A DNA stretch of 63,765 bases, counting the filler, from Hyphochytrium catenoides (Eukaryota; Protista; Hyphochytriomycota), in NCBI GenBank assembly GCA_900088475.1. It is 8 parts of 8 records of this genome, joined end to end, with 100 filler letters (N's around TTAATTAATTAA, not from the genome) between each part and the next. Parts side by side here need not be neighbours in the genome. Positions count along the whole stretch, not along the records: positions 48,226 to 58,374 come from FLMG01001621.1; positions 58,475 to 62,310 come from FLMG01000942.1; positions 62,411 to 63,765 come from FLMG01001822.1; 5 more parts are not named here. One strand, given 5' to 3'. The first letter of the stretch is position 1. Each line of letters begins with the position of its first letter. Under the pieces are notes generated by a model, which worked only from the letters and a program-made list of their open reading frames with translations, had not been told where the DNA came from and did no database searches. Positions 55,473 to 63,765 of this stretch are shown here, in pieces. The position numbers were made by a program, and so were the translations under genes.

Positions 55473-56401
55473 CTTCTTGTCTTTCTCCTCTCTTCCTCCT
55501 TCTTCTTCTTTGTTCTTACGGAGGTCTTCAACTATGACTCTTCTTTCTCTGATAATGATGGCGGGAGTGGCGAGGGTGTTGAAGAGACCAAGTCTTCCTT
55601 CGTAGCTCTTGTCTCTTCCTCTTCTTCTTCTTCTTCTCCTATCATCTCTTCTTCTAGAAGGAAAATGCTTTCCGCTCTATTGCTTTTTTCTCTCCTCTCT
55701 CTTCCTCTTCCTCTGTCCTCCGTCTTCGGTCCGCTGCATGTCCTCTTGGAGAGGTTCACACGTCATTGGCCCCTGTTGCATTCAAGTCTAGAAGGGCCGT
55801 ACGTTTAAACCGATAATGTACCCAAAGACGAGAGGTGTGAGACTCGGTCCTCTCCGGTGAGAGTTTCTTCCTAGGCGAGATAGCAGACATCAACAAGAGG
55901 CGACAGATCGGCCAGAAGACAAGAACGAAAAAGGAGAGAAGAAGAGAGACAGAGAGGCCGGGTAGAGAAAGAGAGAAGAAGAGAGACAGAGAGGCCGGGG
56001 AAAGAAAGAGAGAAGAAAGGGGAACCCGAGAGCCTAACAGAAGAGACCCTTCTAGCGGCTGGTGACCTTCCTCTTCCAGCGCGAGAACAGACACAGGGCA
56101 TCATCTCACAAGTCCATTGACCTCTCGGTCTGTATCTCCAAGATGGAAACTCTGTAACCTCTACTTCCGTCATTTGTTGATTCCCCCCCTTTTCTTTTTT
56201 TTACTGCCTCTCTTGGTTCCTCTTCCCTCTCCTTCTCTCCAAAATCAAAGAACGGTATCTCTGACAAACAATTTCTTATGAAGACAAACCTTGAGAGTTA
56301 TTTTATAGCTGCACATCAAGCAAGGGTGGGATCTTCTCACAAAGCATTTCATTCTCTCGCTTTGCATGTTGAGCAATAACGACTTTGGTCGCTCTTCGTA
56401 A

Positions 56402-56458
<57 letters not shown>

Positions 56459-57880
56459 ACCCTTTTTCTCTCTGCTCTGTTTCACTCATAGTAGTAAGTC
56501 TTGCCTTCCGCAACATTGGGCCCTTCAAACTTCCAGCTGCTACAAGTAGACGGTTGATGAGGATGAGTCTTCTTACCTTTGATCTCTTCTTGTACTGTGT
56601 CTGGCCCAGAGCTCCTTGTGGCTGTCCTATTATTACTTCGTCGATTCTACAAGGTCTTCATTCTGTGCAATAAGCTGCAAATAAACCAGGAAACTAGCAC
56701 TACTTTCAGAAATGCAGGAAGTCGTTCTCCGCAATAAATAAAGAGAGTCCAGTAGAGTCCGGTTCTTACCGCTCCAGTACTATTTATTACTATTATTGCT
56801 AAGCCTTACATCATACGGTCAGTAGTAACATTATTTGTGTCTTCTAGCTCCCTGACAGTAGGGCGGTGCAAACAGGCAGATTCTTCGCTATACAGTAGCA
56901 GAACTCCTTTCTCCCAGTACTCTATGAAGAAAGAAAGTAGAACTATAATAAGAAAATAGTAAAAGACACCACAGAACCCCCTGTTGCTGGTAGAACTACT
57001 TACAAAAAAATACTCCGGAGTAACAAGTATCGACGGCAGGCAATGCTTATCAATTGTATGACCCTTATCACTACCAGAGCATGGACATTGTCCCACGTCC
57101 GACAACGAGGTTATTTATAATTAGATCCTATAGTTCTAGGAGAAGAGAAAGAGATCCAGTTAAGAGGAAGATAACAAGAACAGCATTCTGACCGAGCTCT
57201 TCTCCCTTCTCCTGGACGAAGCGAAGGCCCTAAAATAAACAACATCAGTAGCATGTCTCAATGAGACAGCTGAAGGACAAGGAGTCGAACAATTCCTTCT
57301 GTCTTGTAATAAGGACATTGGCCTACGTCCTTCCATGAGGTTACCTACTGTACTGTATTGAGGATAGAGAGAGATCCATCTTATTATAAAAGGAAGATAT
57401 ATGATGGAACGCATTCTGACCCCGCTCTCTCCTGGCAAAGTATTGGACCAAAGTTATAAACAGCATCGTAACGTACCATGTCTCCTGCCTGCCTCAAGGA
57501 GGAGACAGCTCAGAGTCCAAAAAGTTCTTCCTTCTGTATTCTTTTCGCCGGCACTACCAGCATCTGCATCTTCTTTGCCTAGTTCTTTCTATTCGTGCAT
57601 CCCATCTGCGGACATCAGCTGGTGGTCTCACAACAAGAAGCTCAACTTCGCCGACAGCATTGTTCTTCTGGTTTGTTCCAATGATGATGTGGCTGGTAAA
57701 CAGCCGTTCTTCCTGTTCGTCCGCCGCTCACTCTAACCGAGTGTAGCACTGACGACCTGTCAGCCCAATCCGCATCACTATTGCTCACTTCCAAACTTAC
57801 CATTCTCAGGTAATACGAAACAAGGACCAGGAAGGTCACCCAATCGCAGCCTTTTCTTAAGAGTGAACTAGTCCTCGACT

Positions 57881-58374
57881 ATGGCAGGACTTCGACTTTT
57901 TTCTCTCGCTCTCTTTCTCACGACATTGGCTGCCGCAGGCCACAGTCTTAGCACAGGTGATAACACCAGGGATGTGCCAGTATTGCTTGACCAGAACCTG
58001 CCCCACTTGCCTGCTTATGCTCCTTCTTTGCATGCTTCCTCACGGCAGATCTTTTCGGCATCATCTTCAAGGACACCGTCTCGTTCATTGAGGACGGCGC
58101 CATTGGAGAAAGAAGGTCGCATCACTTTGTTAAGCGAGGATGATGACGCTGTCACATCCAAAACCAGAAGACACCTTCCTCAGGTGAGAGGAAAGCAACC
58201 TGGACGATCATCCAGTCCAAAGCGTCCTCAATCACCCGGTGTTGCAAAGAAAAGTTCCAGGCGGAGAGGTTCTCAACGAAAGGGTGCTGTTTCTCCGACC
58301 AGAAAGGGGATGCCAAATAGAGCTGATGGTCTGGCCCCAGGTACTGCGTTGACTCACGACGGAAAGCCGTTCGT
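57881..58374 (+). CDS. 5' part of a putative secreted protein, truncated by a gap
   Basis: Signal-peptide-like MAGLRLFSLALFLTTLAAAGHS; the frame is open to the gap; no domain recognised. Confidence 0.5.
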
Positions 58375-58839
58375 NNNNNNNNNNNNNNNNNNNNNNNNNN
58401 NNNNNNNNNNNNNNNNNNTTAATTAATTAANNNNNNNNNNNNNNNNNNNNNNNNNNNNNNNNNNNNNNNNNNNNGAGAGAGAGAGAGAGAGTAAGAGAAG
58501 TCAATTGGAAACATAGGAAGCAATTCAATGTGAGACAAAAAAAGAAAAGGTTTCTCCCTCTTCCTTTAGTGCCGCATGACATCGGCTATCAAATTCTTCT
58601 CTCTTTTCTCTCTTTATCTGCTGTTCTCTCTCCCTCTCTCTTCTCTTTCAATTACTTGCTGCTCCTCCACACGCCGTTCTTTTAATCTTCTTTCTTACTC
58701 TCTCCTCTCTCTCCTGTCTGTCTTCTCTGCCATTCTCTCTCTCTCTGCCTCTCTCTCTCTCTCTCTCTCTCTCTCCCCCCTCTCTCTCTCTCTCTCTATT
58801 TCTCTCTTCTCTCTCTATCATCTCACCTTCTCGCTGTAC

Positions 58840-59224
58840 CGAAGGTGTTCCTCTCCACAGAACGCCTCGCACTTGCAGAGGCGAGGACGGTTCAGATTTT
58901 GGATGTGAATGCAGCGACCGGGAAGATAGAATTCCTGAAGATCTTCAGCTTTTATTCTGAAGCGGGAGAGAATAGGTCTTTGGATTCCTGATGTTCCTTC
59001 TTCTCGGTCCGTGGCGTGAAGAGACGAAGGGAGAGAGGGACGAGAGAGAGAAGAAGAGAGAGAGAGAGGAGAAGAGAGAGAGGGACGAAGCGCGGTGGCA
59101 GCAGAGAGAGACTCTCTTGCACAAATAGCAGCGCTCTCATCTTTTGGGTCATCTGCTGCCTGAGTTAGAGCGTCTATAGCCTCCTGCGGGAGAAGCGTCT
59201 CTCGCTGCTCTCCTTTTAAATCAG

Positions 59225-59263
<39 letters not shown>

Positions 59264-59668
59264 GTGCAATGAGAAGTTAGCGCAACTGCGTACACAGAGA
59301 GTCGAGAAACGATATTTTTTCCTATTCGTAAGAAACAAAGCCGAGAAAGAGAGAAAGAGAGAGAGAGAGTTCAGGGGAGAAGAACAAGAGGCAGAGGGAG
59401 ACAAAGAAGTAACACGAAGCGCGAGTCAATAAATAGAGAGAAAGCTAGAGAGACGGAGCGAAGAAGAGAAAAAAACAGCAGTGAGGGAGAGGGGGAGAAA
59501 AGGCGCAACTTGAGAGAGAGAGAGACAGCGAGACACAAAAGGACAGAGAGAGAAACAATAGAAAGGATGAGAGACGGAAGAGAAAAGGGCAAAGAGACGC
59601 ACAGAAAAGGTAGGGAGAGAACCAAACCTCCACCAACAGCAAGGAGAGAGAGAGAGCAGAGAGCAGAA

Positions 59669-59721
<53 letters not shown>

Positions 59722-59765
59722 GAGAGGGAGAGAGAGAGAGGGAGAGAGAAGGAGAGAGAGGGGGG

Positions 59766-59798
<33 letters not shown>

Positions 59799-60162
59799 AG
59801 AGGAGGGAGAAAGCACCATATTCTACTCTTACCGTCTTCTCCTGGCTGGAGCATCTTTCCTCCCTTGACATCAATGAGCTTGTGCCTCACTCTCTCGCTA
59901 TAGAGAGAGATCATCGTCTCTCTCAGCCCAGCGACGCTTCTCTGGGAGAGACGAGGGACAAGATCATCGTTGAAAACGAAAGAGAAGACAAAGTCTTTGC
60001 ACCATTCTCCCCCTCTCTCGTCCAGAAGCGGAGGAGGAGCAAAAGCGTAGCAGAAAATGTTAGGGAAGGAGCTCTTGAGCAGGAGAGAGACGATAACGGC
60101 CAGGCCTGCGCCCATAGAGTGTCCTGTCAGCACCAAGCGATAATTGTTTGGGCCTGCGGGAG

Positions 60163-60202
<40 letters not shown>

Positions 60203-61282
60203 AGGAGAGACCAAGGCACACACACAGACGGAGACGGATGGTGAGATGGTAACAAGAAAGAGCCCTCAGACGACAGAAAGACAGAAAGCCGAGAGAGAGG
60301 GAGACAGTCGGAAAAAGAGAGAGAGAGAGAAGAAGGAGAAAGAGAGAGAAAGAGAGAGAAAGAGAGAGAAAGAGAGAGAAGAGCACAAGCCAATAGATGG
60401 AGATATAGAGAAACAAGAGAGAGTAAGCACCGGGCTAACAGGACCAACCTAAGGAGAAAGGAAAGAGAACAAGGGAAACCATTGACGGCAAAGGAGAAAC
60501 AAACGCGAGAAAGGAGAATACGGGAGAGAAGTCAGAGGGGGAGGGGTTACAGAAGAGATGAGAGAGAGAGAGAGAGAGAGAGAGAAGAGAGAAGAGAGAA
60601 GAGAGAAGAGAGAAGAGAGAGAGTGTGTCGTTACCTCGCAAGTATTGTTCTAGAATCTCTCTCCTTTTCCCGTGCATGAGATGTTTGAAGAGATGTCTGG
60701 CGCTTCTCAGGAGGCCTTTGTGAGTGTAGGAAGGGAAAGGAAACGGGACTTCTCTCTCAGAGAACATTTCCACCACCGCCAAACCGTCTGGCGACCCATG
60801 GAGAGAGAGAGAGAGAGAGAGAGAAGAAGAGAGAGAAAGAAGAAGAGAAACCGAGAGGGAGAGAGAGAGAGAGAAAAGGGAGAGAAAAGAGAGACAGGAA
60901 GAGAGAGAGAAAAAGGGTGAGAGTGATTTGGAGAGGGGAGAGAGACGGAGAGAGAGAGAGAGAAAAGGGAGAGACAGGAGAGACAGAGGGATAAAAGTGG
61001 TGAGAGTGAGAGGGTAGAAACGAAAGAGTTTTTTGGGGTTCAGGTAGGGAGAGAGAGAGGAAGGAAGAGACTTAATGAAAAGAAACAGCTTCAGAGAAGA
61101 CCTAGAATGAGATTAAAGTAGAGAGGAGAGAGGCACAGGTAGAGAAAAAAAGATGAAGCGATGAGACAGAAGAGAAGGGAGAGAGAGAGCAGGGAGAGAG
61201 AGGGAGAAGTGTTGCATTAAAGGCATTTTCATGCGACGAGAAAGAGAGAGTTTGCTCACTGAGGCAAGACACGAGCAGTGAG

Positions 61283-61318
<36 letters not shown>

Positions 61319-61397
61319 GAAGTGGAGGCGGTAGTACCATTCATTGAAGCAGGGGAAAAAAGTAGGGAGAAGAGAGAGAGAAAGAGAGAGAGAAAGG

Positions 61398-61431
<34 letters not shown>

Positions 61432-61966
61432 ACAAGGCGAAGCCTTACCAATAATAAGATCCCCGAAAGAGAAGGCGTACGTTCCTCTGAGAATAATGAC
61501 AAGCTCTCTCCTCTCATCATCTTTCACGATGGCGAAAGCTTGGTGCTCCAAAGAACTGCTGAAGTTTGCATAGAGAAGATCTGACCCAGAGAGACGGGAG
61601 AGGTGTAGAAAGCTTCCTGGAGAGAGAAAGAGAGAGAGAAAAGAAAGCGAGAGAGAGAGAGAGAAAGAGAGGCAGAGCAAGAAAAGGACAGAGAGAGAGA
61701 GAGAGAAGAGACGTCAGGTTGAGAATAGAATAGGCAAAGAGAGACAGAACTGAAGAGTGAGATTATAATAAAAAGAGAAGAAAACAGAGAGCAGAGAGAA
61801 AAAGAACTCGAAGTAACTAGAAGAGAGAGAGAGAGAGAGACAAAGGGAGAGAAAGAGAGAGAAAGACAAAGAAACAAAGAGGTCACAGAGACCGTAAGCA
61901 ATTTACACAGAGTGTTCGACGGGTCTCACCAGTGTGTGTCCTCATGCAATTATCGCGTTTAATGAC
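58840..61966 (-). CDS. Class 3 lipase, diacylglycerol lipase (DAGL)-like, internal exons
   Basis: DLLYANF...AFAIVKDDERRELVIILRGT, THKGLLRSA, YRLVLTGHSMGAG (GxSxG), CYAFAPP, DDLVPRLS, FYLPGRCIHI. Confidence 0.88.
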
Positions 61967-62410
61967 CTGAACAGAAGAGAGAGAAAGGAAATCAGTTTGG
62001 GAGAGCAAGAAAGAGTGTTTCAGAACCATAGACAGCAAATGATGGTAAAAAAGAGAGGAGAGAGAGAGAGAACGAGGGGAGAGAAAAAGAGAGAGAGTGA
62101 TTGACTTAGAGTGAGAGAGAAAGAGAGAGAGTGATCGTGTCTAAGAGAGACACAGAGAGAGAGAGAGAAAGAGGGGGGCGGGGGCCGCATGGGAAAGAGT
62201 AACGGGATAGATAGGGAGAGAAACAGACAGAGCGAGCGAGAGAAAGAAAGGAAGGAGTGCTTGTAAAGGCAACAGGGCTACAAGACAAAGGTGGAGAGAG
62301 AGAGAGAGAGNNNNNNNNNNNNNNNNNNNNNNNNNNNNNNNNNNNNNNNNNNNNTTAATTAATTAANNNNNNNNNNNNNNNNNNNNNNNNNNNNNNNNNN
62401 NNNNNNNNNN

Positions 62411-63765
62411 TGGAGCCGCAATCCTAGAGCGCGCCAGGCAAAAGAAGAGATTGTTATAAAAAAGACGGGTATGGGAAAAAAGAGAGAACGATTTGGCAGG
62501 CACATGCGGAAGAGACGATGCAAGCGAAGTGATCAGCAGAGAAAGAGAACTTTGACGGTAAAGCTAGGAATTGGGCGTCGTTCGAAAAGCAAAAGACGTG
62601 GAGGAGCTTCTCCAAGGGGAAAAAGGGTGAATGAGTGCGGAGACGTGGGAAATCACCTGGCAATGGACGAAGTAGAGCCGGCTGACACTGTCTCTGGTAA
62701 GAGAAGTGTTTGGACTTCTGCACATCTGGCAGGTGACGTACTCCGAAATATACTTGCGCAGCAAACTCTCAATATACTGACAAGGGAAAGACCCAAAGGT
62801 GTTCGCCGTAAGAGCCTTCATACCGCAGTGACGAGTCAAATTATGTATACGATACCTTCGGAACGAACTTTCCTCTGATAACCAAACGCTGACTTCCATC
62901 AATAGAGCCCTCGGTACCCAGCTCTGCAAGGGAGAAAAAAGGAGCGAAGGCATAACTCTAGTAAGCCCATCGATCAGGATGTGGTTTGACAGACAGAGTT
63001 TTCGCTAGACAACGAAGCTAACAACAAAGGAGATAAACTGCTAGAGAGACAGCACAGAGCAGGAGAGCACAAAAGTGATAACGCATAGTAGAAAACGCAG
63101 ATACAGAATAGCCAAGATTCAAGGTAGTGTTGCCCCTAACAGACAGCGGTTTCCCTTGTGCCTTACCAGCCATGAAGAACTGGAAGACGTGCTCTGGGTT
63201 TCTGTGCATCATCTTGCAGATCTCCTGGAAGTTGACCCACAAAGTCTTCTTGGTTCCCACTGCATTGAGCGACAAAGCATCAGTGAGTGAGAATAGGAAG
63301 AGAGCGCAACAAGGAGTAACGGCCAAGGACTGGCGTGAGGTAGGTGATCAAATTCATGGGGAAAGAGAGGGCTTTCCTCGACTTTCGACGCGCGGGCTGT
63401 CACGGTTTGCTGCTTCCTTACCTCTCATCAGTTGTGGTGGCTTCAGGGTGTGTCTTCGCTTCTCAGTAAGTTCTGGATTGTTGGCGTGGAGAAGGTCCAA
63501 GATGCGATGAAGGAGCTGATAGAACGCCGGGTCAGTGCAACTTCGCGCCATTGAAATGCTGCCAAGAGTAGAAAATACATACATCAGAATAAGGATAGAT
63601 GGCTTCCCCTGTGGCAGAGCTCCTGGCAGTAGCATCATTCGCTCCTTGCTCGCCATCGGCTGCTTCGGTGCTAGTCTTTGTTTTCTATAGGCAAGAGAAC
63701 CTCGTTGATGAAGAGCGGGGCTTTCTCGACTAAGGCGGCGCGACAGTTACCTCCTTCTTCTTCTT
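62411..63765 (-). CDS. EIF2S2: Translation initiation factor eIF2 beta, internal exons
   Basis: Poly-Lys exon at the window end, then LLHRILDLLHANNPEL...KPPQLMR|VGTKKTLWVNF...HRNPEHV|ELGTEGSIDG..RLVIRGKF|IESLLRKYISEYVTCQMCRSP.T.L...RLYFVHCQ|DCGS (C2-C2 zinc ribbon). Confidence 0.95.

Overview
Eukaryotic, intron-rich genomic DNA, tentatively a stramenopile-like protist (judged from the eIF2-beta, AMBRA1-like and legume-lectin sequences; not verifiable here). It is not one continuous locus. Seven artificial 100-nt spacers (N44-TTAATTAATTAA-N44) join eight assembly pieces, and there are further internal N gaps. Most ORFs in the supplied track are artefacts of (CT)n/(GA)n intronic microsatellites. 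Genes reconstructed by hand from exons: Rab21-like GTPase (3' part), AMBRA1-like WD40 protein, intronless mitochondrial sulfite oxidase, MOB4/phocein, a DUSP-MYND-USP deubiquitinase, a KICS2/C12orf66 homologue, a legume-lectin protein, ALG12, a secreted Gly/Ser/Asn-rich protein, a DAG-lipase-like class 3 lipase and eIF2-beta. Mobile DNA: decayed Copia elements, a CRE-like non-LTR remnant with a dispersed (TTC)n-bearing repeat family, and PIF/Harbinger-type non-autonomous elements. The most striking feature is two copies of a ~633-bp miniature LTR retrotransposon (TRIM). Each LTR carries a tRNA-like gene (upstream TATA, A box, B box, paired acceptor/D/T arms, T-tract). The predicted CCA-matured 3' end of that RNA is complementary to the element's own primer-binding site, so the element may encode its own reverse-transcription primer.
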